From IMG/VR virus record IMGVR_UViG_3300032053_000004, positions 1 to 64,000 of that record: a stretch of 64,000 nucleotides of DNA; one strand, 5' to 3'. Position 1 is the stretch's first letter; every line of letters begins with the position of its first letter. The position numbers were made by a program, and so were the translations under genes. Shown piece after piece: positions 18,674-26,730 of the stretch. Below the pieces are notes generated by a model that was not told where the DNA came from, searched no databases, and saw only the letters and a list, made by a program, of their open reading frames with translations. This DNA comes from a virus (Duplodnaviria; Caudoviricetes).

Positions 18674-18796
18674 GGGCGCGGGCAGCCGCGCAGAGACGTG
18701 GGTTGGATGAGATCCCCAAATGGCGGCCGAAGCCCGGCGCGGTTTGGGGCGGGGAAAGCCACCTGAAGCTCGGCTTGACAGACCGGAGAGACGGTC
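18674..18796 (+). ncRNA. Candidate small structured RNA, copy A
   Basis: Paralogous to 19470..19567 with covarying stems and conserved GGGGAAMGCCACCTGARGCT core. Confidence 0.5.
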
Positions 18797-18840
18797 AAGA
18801 AGACTTTGAGGAACGATTCGTTGACCTGGAGGGAAATAAT

Positions 18841-19047
18841 TTGAAGAAGAGGTCAAAAGAAAGAGGGGACCTTCCTGGAGATATTGCTTGCGTCGGGGAC
18901 ACCATCCGGTTCCCGCATGGGAAAAGATCCTTTCGAGGCAAGGTCGTCTCTGTAACAGAGATGGCGGTAACAGCGAAAACAAAATCTGGCCGTCTTTATG
19001 GGGTATTTCGATCGGATGTGCAGGAGATTGAAAAGCTGGAGTTATAG
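18841..19047 (+). CDS. SH3/KOW-like hypothetical protein
   Basis: TTG start after GGAGG; VGDTIRF...GKVVSV. Confidence 0.55.
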   Translation: MKKRSKERGDLPGDIACVGDTIRFPHGKRSFRGKVVSVTEMAVTAKTKSGRLYGVFRSDVQEIEKLEL

Positions 19048-19050
19048 GTC

Positions 19051-19082
19051 AAAGCCGCAGGCGCGGGGTCTGTTGTCGTATC
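19051..19082 (+). promoter_or_regulatory. Repeated early-type promoter, leaderless
   Basis: AAAGCCGCAGG...CGTATC-N7-ATG. Confidence 0.8.
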
Positions 19083-19089
19083 AGGCGGC

Positions 19090-19410
19090 ATGACCAACCC
19101 CGCGCCCGAGTGTGCTTCCGTCGAGTCCTTCGTCGAATTCTGTCTCGACGATGAGCGCGATACCTTCTCTCACGAAGATCTGGTGGTTCTCAACTTCTCT
19201 CTTCGCAAGACCGTCGCCGTCTTGCGCGGGGAGCTTGAGGCATACGGTCTCAGGCTCGCGCCCCGGATTCCTCCGAAGAAGGTGAGGGGTTTTACGACCT
19301 CTTCCAACGATCGGTGGTTTGGACCGGGATCATGCCCTACGAGCGGGGGAGCCGCTTACGGAGCCATGATGACTTCCAAATACGGCTCCAAGGACACACC
19401 CTTCGGTTGA
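19090..19410 (+). CDS. Hypothetical protein
   Basis: Leaderless start at promoter +1. Confidence 0.75.
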   Translation: MTNPAPECASVESFVEFCLDDERDTFSHEDLVVLNFSLRKTVAVLRGELEAYGLRLAPRIPPKKVRGFTTSSNDRWFGPGSCPTSGGAAYGAMMTSKYGSKDTPFG

Positions 19411-19430
19411 AGGACGATGGGGGGGGGGGC

Positions 19431-19462
19431 AAAGGCGGAAGCCCGAGCCCCTCGTTCGTATC
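19431..19462 (+). promoter_or_regulatory. Repeated early-type promoter (drives candidate sRNA B)
   Basis: AAAGGCGGAAG...CGTATC. Confidence 0.75.
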
Positions 19463-19469
19463 GTGGACT

Positions 19470-19567
19470 GGACCCCGAGGGTGGCAGTCCTGCGCTTCGC
19501 AGGCCATACCTTGGGCGGGGAACGCCACCTGAGGCTGGGCGTGGCAGCTGGAGAGACAGCTATTTTT
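19470..19567 (+). ncRNA. Candidate small structured RNA, copy B
   Basis: Starts at promoter +1, ends in hairpin AGCTG-GAGAGA-CAGCT plus TTTTTT. Confidence 0.55.
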
Positions 19568-19580
19568 TCTGGAGGTTACC

Positions 19581-19727
19581 ATGACCGAAAACACCAAGAT
19601 TCCAACCGAAATCGTTCCCCTTCCTTCGTGGGAGGAGGCACTCATAGAACTCGATCGGAAGAATACCGAGCTCGCTCTCAAGAGGCTTGAGAATCCTCGT
19701 CCTTCTCGTCTTGGACGAAAGTTCTGA
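19581..19727 (+). CDS. Small hypothetical protein
   Basis: GGAGG RBS; stop overlaps next ATG. Confidence 0.55.
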   Translation: MTENTKIPTEIVPLPSWEEALIELDRKNTELALKRLENPRPSRLGRKF

Positions 19728-20068
19728 TGACCGACCTACAAATCGTCTCAGCCTACATTAGTGCGTTCTTTGAAGACTCGCACACGGTTGCTGTCCAGGA
19801 TGAGGACGGCATCCACGTGCTGGGCTACACCATTTGGAAAGACGGCGACGTGTATCGTCTCCAGAAGACGGTGTACAATGCGGGAAACCGCGAGGAGCCG
19901 CCGTCTGAGGACGTGCAGGATCTCGAGGATTCCTACGCTCGCCTGGACAGCATGGTGCAAGCCATCATCCAATATGAGATTCAGGATATCTTCGCAGACG
20001 TGAGCGAGGGCATCTACTACCAGCAAGAGCAGGAACTCAAAAACGTTCAGGAAGTTGTGGAGGGATGA
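19727..20068 (+). CDS. Hypothetical protein with C-terminal tag
   Basis: Ends NVQEVVEG. Confidence 0.7.
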   Translation: MTDLQIVSAYISAFFEDSHTVAVQDEDGIHVLGYTIWKDGDVYRLQKTVYNAGNREEPPSEDVQDLEDSYARLDSMVQAIIQYEIQDIFADVSEGIYYQQEQELKNVQEVVEG

Positions 20069-20307
20069 TCCCAATCGGTTCAAAAGTCCGGGTGAAGGAT
20101 AGCCATTTCCATTCTCAGTGGCTCTATGGTGTTGTCACAGCGCATCACGACTTCCGAATGAAGGATTTTCATTCGGTGAATCTTCCCAACTCCTGTACTT
20201 ACCTTCAAGGTAAAAGAATTGGGGGAGTCACTCGCATGGTTTCTGAATCAGATCTTGAGGTGATCTCAGAAGAAGAGTTCGCAGCTGCGATAGTGGTGGA
20301 AGGCTGA
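20065..20307 (+). CDS. SH3-like hypothetical protein with C-terminal tag
   Basis: MIPIGSKVRVKD...; ends EFAAAIVVEG. Confidence 0.7.
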   Translation: MIPIGSKVRVKDSHFHSQWLYGVVTAHHDFRMKDFHSVNLPNSCTYLQGKRIGGVTRMVSESDLEVISEEEFAAAIVVEG

Positions 20308-20341
20308 AAATTCGGACGTGTCCGAAGTAAAGGGAAACACA

Positions 20342-20536
20342 ATGGCACAAAATGGCGGCAAGGGACGGACGGCGCAGCAACATAGGTCGGAGAGCGCCAA
20401 GAAGCTGGCGGAGGAGCGGGCGAAGCGCTCACCCAAGGAGCAGGTCGCACTGCTCGACCAGAAGCTCGGGAAGGGCGAGGGAGCGAAGAAGGAGCGGGCT
20501 CGCCTGACCGCGGAAATGAAGGGTGCGAGCGAGTAA
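20342..20536 (+). CDS. Small basic phage protein
   Basis: ...ERAKRSPKEQVALLDQKLGKGEGAKKERARL. Confidence 0.7.
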   Translation: MAQNGGKGRTAQQHRSESAKKLAEERAKRSPKEQVALLDQKLGKGEGAKKERARLTAEMKGASE

Positions 20537-20847
20537 ACAAATCCAAGGGTCCGAGTAGTCCTGCCTGAGATAACGCCATCCGAGACGAAGTAGTTCCTGC
20601 GTTGGGACAAAAAGTTTTAGATGCTCAGGCAGTGCAGATGCAACTTCTGCAGGACCTTCCAAATCTTGTCCTTTTGATTGTAGTGTGATAAAATGCCTTT
20701 CGTGGACTTTCAGCTTCCTGTTAAAACAGAGACGAGCTGGATATCCATATTAAAACAAGAACGCTTATCCTAGTTTGTACGCCTAAGGCGTAGACCGACT
20801 GAGTTCGGGCGTACAAACGGGGACGGAAGCAGAACTCGGTTCCTCAT

Positions 20848-20918
20848 TGAGGCATCGTTCAACGGTAGGACAAGGGACTTTGAATCCCTGAATCTAGGTT
20901 CGATTCCTAGTGCCTCAA
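20848..20918 (+). tRNA. tRNA-Gln(TTG)
   Basis: TGAGGCA/TGCCTCA acceptor; AGGGA-CTTTGAA-TCCCT; GGTTCGATTCC. Confidence 0.92.
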
Positions 20919-20923
20919 CTCAT

Positions 20924-20998
20924 GACCCCATAGTTTAGCGGCTAAAACTCTGGACTTTCAATCCGGCAATTGGGGTTCGATTCCCCATGGGGTCACCA
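20924..20998 (+). tRNA. tRNA-Glu(TTC)
   Basis: GACCCCA/TGGGGTC acceptor; CTGGA-CTTTCAA-TCCGG; encoded CCA. Confidence 0.92.
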
Positions 20999-21004
20999 AG
21001 AATC

Positions 21005-21625
21005 ATGATTCATCTCGCTTGCGACGTACCAAAGGACCACTTCTTCCTGGCTTGTTCAGGTGGGGTGGATTCTATGGTAGCTCTCGACTTCCTCTTGCGA
21101 GGAAAGCGAAGGCCGCACCTGCTCTATATCGACCATGGAACAGAACATGGGCGAGAAGCGAAGGCGTTCGTCCAAAAGCGCGCGGTAGAACTGTCACTCG
21201 CTTACCAAATTTGGTATACAGGTCCCCGTCCCGCCCACCTTTCGGTAGAAGAACACTGGAGAAACGAGCGGTACGCTCTCTTTCACGCGATGAAAGCGCC
21301 AGTCATCACTGCGCACCATCTCGACGACGCGGTTGAGTGGTGGATCATGTCAGCCTTGCACGGAAACCCGAGGCTCACTCCCGTAACGAACAAGAACGTG
21401 GTCCGTCCCTTCCTGTTCACGCCGAAGCAGGAGCTTCGCGACTGGGCGGAACGTCATCAGGTTTCTTGGATTGAAGACCCAACGAATGCAACAGGAGAAC
21501 ACGCAAGAAACGTTGTGCGCCACGAAATCATGAAACATGCGCTCCACGTAAATCCGGGTCTTCATAAGACCGTAAGAAAATTGTATGGGCCTTTAGTTCA
21601 ATTGGTCAGAACCTCCGGCTCATAA
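21005..21625 (+). CDS. tilS: tRNA(Ile)-lysidine synthase, N-terminal catalytic domain only
   Basis: PP-loop SGGVDS, RNERY, TAHHLDD.VE, RPFL, WIEDPTN, RN.VRH; start moved to 21005 because 20987 lies inside tRNA-Glu. Confidence 0.9.
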   Translation: MIHLACDVPKDHFFLACSGGVDSMVALDFLLRGKRRPHLLYIDHGTEHGREAKAFVQKRAVELSLAYQIWYTGPRPAHLSVEEHWRNERYALFHAMKAPVITAHHLDDAVEWWIMSALHGNPRLTPVTNKNVVRPFLFTPKQELRDWAERHQVSWIEDPTNATGEHARNVVRHEIMKHALHVNPGLHKTVRKLYGPLVQLVRTSGS

Positions 21626-21660
21626 CCGGATAGTTGGCGGTTCAAGTCCGCCAGGGCCCA
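21587..21660 (+). tRNA. tRNA-Ile2(CAT), lysidine-type (Met alternative less likely)
   Basis: GGGCCTT/AGGGCCC acceptor, TCCGG-CTCATAA-CCGGA; overlaps the 3' end of tilS. Confidence 0.85.
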
Positions 21661-21668
21661 CTAAAAGA

Positions 21669-22208
21669 ATGACGAACGTAGCGCGAATAGAAGACTTCTT
21701 TCATCGAAACGTGATCGATGAATACAAGAGCTTGTCCAATGAAGAAATTGGTCAAGCAATTGCGGAGAAGTCTCTTCCGTTCGCCGTGCTCATGGAGCAT
21801 TGGGAGCAGGATTTCAACATTGGAACGCTTCTCCGCAACGCAAATGCTCTGGGCGCTCGTGAAGTCTTCTATGTCGGCACCAAGCAGTGGGACCGTCGAG
21901 GCGCAGTGGGCGTACAGAACTACACAAAGCTTCGCCATCTGACCTCAGTTCATGAACTTCAAGATCGCTACAATTTTGTAGCACTAGAACAAACGGAAGG
22001 GAGCGTGTCACTCACCAAGTTCGTCTGGCCTGAAAACCCACTGATTGTTATCGGTTCAGAAAGCCTTGGCATCAGTGCGGAAACTCTCGCACTCTGCCCG
22101 TACCGGGTAGTGATCGAGCAGCGCGGAAGCGTCCGTTCGATGAACGCCGCGTCTGCTTCAACCGTTGCGATGTACGACTTCATAACGAAACGAGAGAGTC
22201 TTCTATGA
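21669..22208 (+). CDS. SpoU/TrmH-family (SPOUT) RNA 2'-O-methyltransferase
   Basis: FNIGTLLRNANALG, IVIGSESLGIS, RSMNAASA. Confidence 0.88.
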   Translation: MTNVARIEDFFHRNVIDEYKSLSNEEIGQAIAEKSLPFAVLMEHWEQDFNIGTLLRNANALGAREVFYVGTKQWDRRGAVGVQNYTKLRHLTSVHELQDRYNFVALEQTEGSVSLTKFVWPENPLIVIGSESLGISAETLALCPYRVVIEQRGSVRSMNAASASTVAMYDFITKRESLL

Positions 22209-22447
22209 AGAAGTGTTGGTTTTGTAATAAGAAGGCAATACAAGTAATAAAGCTTTCTGTTTCAAAGCCTGCTATCGAAAAAACTCATGTTGACTTTTTC
22301 TCTCAGACCAAAGGAATTCTCACCGTTTGTGAAACGCATTTAGAGAATTTAGAAAGAATGTCTGAACTTTCGAAAGAAAAAGGGAAAGGAGAAGTTGTAA
22401 GGTTCACGCCTGATGAAGTAAAGACTCTTGAACTCTTAGAAGCTTGA
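22205..22447 (+). CDS. CxxC hypothetical protein with C-terminal tag
   Basis: Ends EVKTLELLEA. Confidence 0.7.
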   Translation: MKKCWFCNKKAIQVIKLSVSKPAIEKTHVDFFSQTKGILTVCETHLENLERMSELSKEKGKGEVVRFTPDEVKTLELLEA

Positions 22448-22463
22448 ACTTAAGATAGTGTCT

Positions 22464-22537
22464 GGGCCCGTAGCTCAGTTGGTAGTAGCTACTCCCTTTT
22501 AAGGAGATGGTCGTCAGTTCGATCCTGACCGGGCCCA
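22464..22537 (+). tRNA. tRNA-Lys(TTT)
   Basis: GGGCCCG/CGGGCCC acceptor; CTCC-CTTTTAA-GGAG. Confidence 0.9.
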
Positions 22538-22601
22538 CTGTTTAGAACAACAGAAGGAAGATTTTCTGAATAAACTTAGACAAGCTTCGTAAAGAGATCA
22601 C

Positions 22602-22686
22602 GCCCCGGTGGTGGAAATGGCGATACACTCTGGACTTAAAATCCAGCGCCCGCAAGGGATTGAGGGTTCGACTCCCTCCCGGGGTA
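22602..22686 (+). tRNA. tRNA-Leu(TAA)
   Basis: GCCCCGG/CCGGGGT acceptor; CTGGA-CTTAAAA-TCCAG; long variable arm. Confidence 0.92.
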
Positions 22687-22697
22687 CTAGTTAAACT

Positions 22698-22729
22698 CAA
22701 GCCGTCAGTCTTTTGTTATTTTCCGTATC
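22698..22729 (+). promoter_or_regulatory. Repeated early-type promoter, leaderless
   Basis: AAGCCGTCAG...CGTATC-N7-ATG. Confidence 0.7.
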
Positions 22730-22736
22730 GGACAAT

Positions 22737-22886
22737 ATGGACGATTTTATTGTTTCCTATTTGAGGTTGCTGAAGGGCACATTACGTGAGTTGGACATGA
22801 TGGATGACGACACGTACATGAAGAATCGAAACTTCTCGTACGGGATCGACGTACTCGTCCACAAACTCTTGACGGAGGGCACATGA
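22737..22886 (+). CDS. Small hypothetical protein
   Basis: Leaderless start; ATGA overlap with next gene. Confidence 0.6.
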   Translation: MDDFIVSYLRLLKGTLRELDMMDDDTYMKNRNFSYGIDVLVHKLLTEGT

Positions 22887-23131
22887 AACTCAAAAAGGGT
22901 GATCTCGTCCGGGTGACAGCTCTATGTCACAGCAGACACCGTGAGTTTTTAAACTGTATCGGCGTCGTCGAAGGCCTGGTGAACTATGGAGTCTATGAAG
23001 GTGAGGTGATTCTGGGTCCGGAGATTGACGTTCGTTGGAGACCCTCAAACTTGAGATATGCTTATAAAGCAAACGAACTCGTCAAACTCTCTGACGACGA
23101 AGTCGCCACTCTGGAAGTTGTAGAATGTTAG
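22883..23131 (+). CDS. SH3/KOW-like protein with C-terminal tag
   Basis: MKLKKGDLVRV...; ends EVATLEVVEC. Confidence 0.75.
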   Translation: MKLKKGDLVRVTALCHSRHREFLNCIGVVEGLVNYGVYEGEVILGPEIDVRWRPSNLRYAYKANELVKLSDDEVATLEVVEC

Positions 23132-23133
23132 AC

Positions 23134-23165
23134 AAAGCCGTGAGTTCTGCCTCGGTCCGCGTATC
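23134..23165 (+). promoter_or_regulatory. Repeated early-type promoter
   Basis: AAAGCCGTGAG...CGTATC-N7-GGAGG. Confidence 0.8.
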
Positions 23166-23183
23166 GGGCGGTGGAGGACACGA

Positions 23184-23468
23184 ATGAAGATCTATGATCC
23201 AAGTTTCACCACCATGGTGAAGACCAACACGCCGTTGAAGAGCAACCGCAAAAGCGGACACCGGGTGGCGTTGCTCCGACGTGGAGATAATGTGGTGGTT
23301 TTCAAGACTGGGAAGAGGAAGGCGCTCGTTCAGGTCAATCGGCTGAAAGAGCCTCCAGGACTAACTCATGAAGTGCGCCGTCTTCGATACAAAGAAGGAA
23401 AAAGCGGTGAAGGTACCAAGAATCTCATCTTCACCGGCTGGATCCCGAAGACAGCCCTCGCGTCGTAA
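23184..23468 (+). CDS. Basic hypothetical protein
   Basis: Promoter plus RBS. Confidence 0.7.
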   Translation: MKIYDPSFTTMVKTNTPLKSNRKSGHRVALLRRGDNVVVFKTGKRKALVQVNRLKEPPGLTHEVRRLRYKEGKSGEGTKNLIFTGWIPKTALAS

Positions 23469-23648
23469 GGATTTGGAGGGAGAGAGGTGGTTGAACCGAA
23501 AGCCGAAGCCCACCTCTCTTCCTCCGGGGTCCAGGACTCTCGATTAGCACAGTCCACTCAGGGGCTATCAGGATGTGACTGAGCCACCAATAAACATCCT
23601 TTGACTAACTAATCGAGAGTCCTGGACCTCATAACCGGAGAAATTCAA

Positions 23649-24011
23649 ATGTCCTACGTAGGATACGATCAGATCATTTGTAAAGCTGGGCATCTTTATG
23701 TCGTAGACGTACAACACTCATTCAACTGTGAGTGTGGCGCGATGCCATACTGGGTAAATTCAGTGGACGACACGAATGGCGAATCGTACGGCAAAATTTT
23801 GGACTTCTCCTCTCTTTTGATCGAGGGAGAAAAGACCGAAACCTGCCCTTGTTGCCAAAACACGAAAGTGACGGCCCTCGCCCAGTATCGCGTTCCGAAT
23901 GAGGAAGAAATGAAGCGTCTCCGTTTCCGTCGCGAGACTCTCGATAACGGTGAACACCGCTGGGTGAACATCCAGGAGGACCGAGAGGTTTCGGATGTTG
24001 TTGAAGGATAA
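23649..24011 (+). CDS. Cys/His-containing hypothetical protein with C-terminal tag
   Basis: GGAG RBS; ends EVSDVVEG. Confidence 0.7.
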   Translation: MSYVGYDQIICKAGHLYVVDVQHSFNCECGAMPYWVNSVDDTNGESYGKILDFSSLLIEGEKTETCPCCQNTKVTALAQYRVPNEEEMKRLRFRRETLDNGEHRWVNIQEDREVSDVVEG

Positions 24012-24219
24012 ACCCGTGAAGGGTAAACCCGTGAAAAAGACAAAATTCCAGAAAGTCGAGGCATCTGTCTATCTCGACATCCTCATCAAGGAGTTGTCCG
24101 AGGGCGAAGTCTCGGACGAAATGTACTGCCAAATAGGCAAGCTCCTACTCGGCCATCCTGTTGTCATGATCGAAGACGAAGAGAACCTGAAGTTCGAAAT
24201 CCAATGGGGTAAACGCTGA
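23995..24219 (+). CDS. Hypothetical protein
   Basis: Overlaps upstream stop. Confidence 0.5.
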   Translation: MLLKDKPVKGKPVKKTKFQKVEASVYLDILIKELSEGEVSDEMYCQIGKLLLGHPVVMIEDEENLKFEIQWGKR

Positions 24220-24271
24220 TATCCCATACAGGAGCAACGTATCCTATATGGGAAAAATATAGGGCATAGCC

Positions 24272-24303
24272 GAAACCGCAAACTTGCGCCCTGCGCGCGT
24301 ATC
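24272..24303 (+). promoter_or_regulatory. Repeated early-type promoter, leaderless
   Basis: AAACCGCAAA...CGTATC-N7-ATG. Confidence 0.8.
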
Positions 24304-24310
24304 GGGCGAT

Positions 24311-24640
24311 ATGAGCAAAATTACCGCCAACATTCCTGCAGACTACCGGCTCTCAGATGGGGAGATCGACAACATCGTGTACCTCGTGTGCAAGTACACG
24401 GTTGAATGGAATATGAGGCAAGTCGACAAGATGGTTTGCCAGAGGATGATGTCCGAGGAGAAGACCGGCGTCTCCCAGATCCAAGATCTCATTTGCATCA
24501 CATGTGAATACGTCTGGGACCACATCTGTGGAGAACCGGACACCTTCACACCAGAGTCGCTCTACGAGCATATGGCTCCCATGATCTCTTCCTGGTTCGA
24601 GAACACGAGCTCTCAAGAGGAACGCTCGAAGATCAGCTGA
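24311..24640 (+). CDS. Hypothetical protein
   Basis: Leaderless ATG at promoter +1. Confidence 0.7.
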   Translation: MSKITANIPADYRLSDGEIDNIVYLVCKYTVEWNMRQVDKMVCQRMMSEEKTGVSQIQDLICITCEYVWDHICGEPDTFTPESLYEHMAPMISSWFENTSSQEERSKIS

Positions 24641-24649
24641 TCTCCGCCT

Positions 24650-24681
24650 GAAACCGCAAACCACGCCCCGGTCGCCGTATC
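24650..24681 (+). promoter_or_regulatory. Repeated early-type promoter
   Basis: AAACCGCAAA...CGTATC-N7-GGAGG. Confidence 0.8.
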
Positions 24682-24701
24682 GGGGCGTGGAGGTCTACAC
24701 C

Positions 24702-25190
24702 ATGGGTTTCGGCAATACGCTATCTGAAGGTTATTCGTCTCTTCTCCTCGATCGTCTCGTGAAGTGGTATGTTGAGACTGGGGATTTTTACGAGATCTCC
24801 AGCAAAATGCTTGAAGGCAAGACATCGGCGGATTTCACGCTAATGTCTGCCGCACCCACGTCTGTGGGAGAGTGGTTTCTCGATCTCAGTCCCCTTCAGG
24901 CGGGAAATAGGAAGTTTTCCGATACAACCCGGTACTGGATTGTCAACTCGGGAACTCCGCCGGAAAACGTTCAGGTGTGGTTTCTGACGGAGCTTTACAA
25001 GCTCTTCTGGAAGACCAATCTGGCGAGTCATCTTCTCGAGAAAGAGGAGGAAGAAAAAATCCTCAAGAAGAAACACCTGACTCTCATTGGCAAAGCCATC
25101 ATGTCAGGAGCCTGGTGGGAAACACATGGACTTGCCGTCAAACGCCAGATCATCAATCTGAGAGCAACCAAGAAGGTTTTGGAAGCCTAG
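24702..25190 (+). CDS. Hypothetical protein with C-terminal tag
   Basis: Ends ATKKVLEA. Confidence 0.7.
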   Translation: MGFGNTLSEGYSSLLLDRLVKWYVETGDFYEISSKMLEGKTSADFTLMSAAPTSVGEWFLDLSPLQAGNRKFSDTTRYWIVNSGTPPENVQVWFLTELYKLFWKTNLASHLLEKEEEEKILKKKHLTLIGKAIMSGAWWETHGLAVKRQIINLRATKKVLEA

Positions 25191-25245
25191 ACATTACAAA
25201 CCCGATGGGCCCGGGGGGCATCTGGTTTGTAATCAGTGATGCGCC

Positions 25246-25277
25246 CAAGGTGTGAGTCGGGTCCCCGCCTGCGTATC
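25246..25277 (+). promoter_or_regulatory. Repeated early-type promoter
   Basis: AAGGTGTGAG...CGTATC-N7-GGAGG. Confidence 0.75.
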
Positions 25278-25298
25278 GGGGAGCGGAGGACACGACCT

Positions 25299-25493
25299 AT
25301 GCACACCAACTATCGCCGCACCGCATCCCGCTCCAAGACGTATTGGAAGCGCAAGGCTTCCAGTTTCAAGGGACTCAACACCGGGAAGGCGCGGGCGCAG
25401 CAGACCCAGGTCCTCGTGAAGGAGGACTTCGACGCCCTCGATTCCTTCGAGCCCAAGTACGCTCGGGGCGAAGACCTCTGGAGCTACACGTGA
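25299..25493 (+). CDS. Small basic hypothetical protein
   Basis: Promoter plus RBS. Confidence 0.7.
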   Translation: MHTNYRRTASRSKTYWKRKASSFKGLNTGKARAQQTQVLVKEDFDALDSFEPKYARGEDLWSYT

Positions 25494-25663
25494 AAAAGAT
25501 CGACGGCACGGCCGTTGCTTATGCAGACCGTACGGAGGTTCTCCCTTGAAGCGACAGCGGCTCGTTCGATGGTTGCGGGTGTTTCTCACGGGCGTGATCA
25601 TCGTGGGAATTCTGGTGATCTTCTTCGGCCCAGGTCTCTTGGACTTGGCAAAAGGGAAATCTG

Positions 25664-25966
25664 ATGTGGGAGATTCAAACTCCGATGTTCATCGCACAGT
25701 CCGCCATTGAGAAGATCCTGCCTCAACTCCCGTCCATCTGCGACGCCCTCGAGATCGAGAAAGGAGGACATCGCAACGGCCTGTTCAGGTCCAACCCGGA
25801 TGGAACGACCGAGGTCCACGTGGGAGAAATCCACTGGGATGGGAGCTTCATCCTGATCTTCGATCACGGCGTCTTCAAGGGTTTCTATCAGTACAGGTGG
25901 ATTTCGGATGGAAGGGACATCGACCGCCACTGGTCGGACGCCGACACCCTCAAGCTGGTGGCCTGA
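25664..25966 (+). CDS. Hypothetical protein
   Basis: GC3-biased ORF. Confidence 0.6.
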   Translation: MWEIQTPMFIAQSAIEKILPQLPSICDALEIEKGGHRNGLFRSNPDGTTEVHVGEIHWDGSFILIFDHGVFKGFYQYRWISDGRDIDRHWSDADTLKLVA

Positions 25967-26046
25967 CGGCAATCCGGTTCAGGGCGAGGATTGTAAATAT
26001 CAATATCTCGACTGTACTGTTCATATGAAAGGTTTGAGGTACATAA

Positions 26047-26256
26047 ATGGGCAAGAATGATCTGAATTTTTCCGATAGAATGAAGCGAATCATGGAGCTG
26101 AAGAAGGGCTCCTATCGGGTGACGGTGGTGGTTGGCGGTCCGCTCGTGGACGTGAAGGTCGCCAAGATCCGAGGGAAGAAGGTATGGGTCACGACCCCCA
26201 GTGGGGATACCGTGAAGCTCGACGCACCGGCCGCTCTCAAGATCCTGAACGGCTGA
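26047..26256 (+). CDS. Small hypothetical protein
   Basis: GAGG RBS. Confidence 0.6.
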   Translation: MGKNDLNFSDRMKRIMELKKGSYRVTVVVGGPLVDVKVAKIRGKKVWVTTPSGDTVKLDAPAALKILNG

Positions 26257-26286
26257 AGCCGGAACCCGCCGCCCGGTCTGCGTATC
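26255..26286 (+). promoter_or_regulatory. Repeated early-type promoter
   Basis: GAAGCCGGAA...CGTATC-N7-GGAGG. Confidence 0.8.
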
Positions 26287-26305
26287 GGGCGGCGGAGGTT
26301 CGTCT

Positions 26306-26623
26306 ATGTCCGATAAGAAGCTCGCACTGTTCATGCACGGAGAGTTTGGCGAGGCTCACAGCAGCGCCAAAATGGTGACTCTCGAAGAGTTCATCGAATA
26401 CAGAATCTCTCCCCATCCGAAGTTCGTGGCGATGATCCCCAAGGACGCCCGTACGGTGCGCTTCGAGCACCACGTTCAGGATGGGGGAAGCTACGGAGGG
26501 AGTTGGGGCTACGAAATGCCCGTCTTCAGCGAGGGAGACCTCTTCGAGGGTGTCGGTTTCGTCCTGGAAGTGGACGGAAAGATCATGCACGACGACGTTG
26601 TGTATGAAGATGAGGACGGTTGA
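26306..26623 (+). CDS. Hypothetical protein
   Basis: Promoter plus RBS. Confidence 0.7.
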   Translation: MSDKKLALFMHGEFGEAHSSAKMVTLEEFIEYRISPHPKFVAMIPKDARTVRFEHHVQDGGSYGGSWGYEMPVFSEGDLFEGVGFVLEVDGKIMHDDVVYEDEDG

Positions 26624-26678
26624 GATTCATGGGATGCCTTGCTGATATATGGCATGTCTCAGCAAGGCATCCCATAAC

Positions 26679-26710
26679 CAAGCCGGAAGGCGCGGGCTCG
26701 GTGGCGTATC
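26679..26710 (+). promoter_or_regulatory. Repeated early-type promoter preceded by 17-bp-arm hairpin (26629-26675)
   Basis: AAGCCGGAAG...CGTATC-N7-GGAGG. Confidence 0.8.
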
Positions 26711-26730
26711 GGGGGCTGGAGGTTACGCCC

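Noticed and set aside
18714-19567. HDV-like ribozyme, cobalamin or glycine riboswitch call for the sRNA pair
   Set aside because: Only short word matches (GGAGAGA, GCCAC); the required stem order and conserved cores are not met.
20545-20660. Hammerhead ribozyme call for the three-way junction
   Set aside because: The CUGAnGA and GAAA core nucleotides are not correctly present.
20987-21004. tilS start at ATG 20987
   Set aside because: Lies inside the tRNA-Glu acceptor stem; ATG 21005 is more plausible.
5329-24011. C-terminal VVEG tails as a by-product of GGAGG Shine-Dalgarno overlap
   Set aside because: Could explain a few VEG endings, but most tails (EVLSS, EVMTS, ELLEA, DVLDC, QVVDS) contain no SD and use varied codons, and several genes have no coupled downstream gene.
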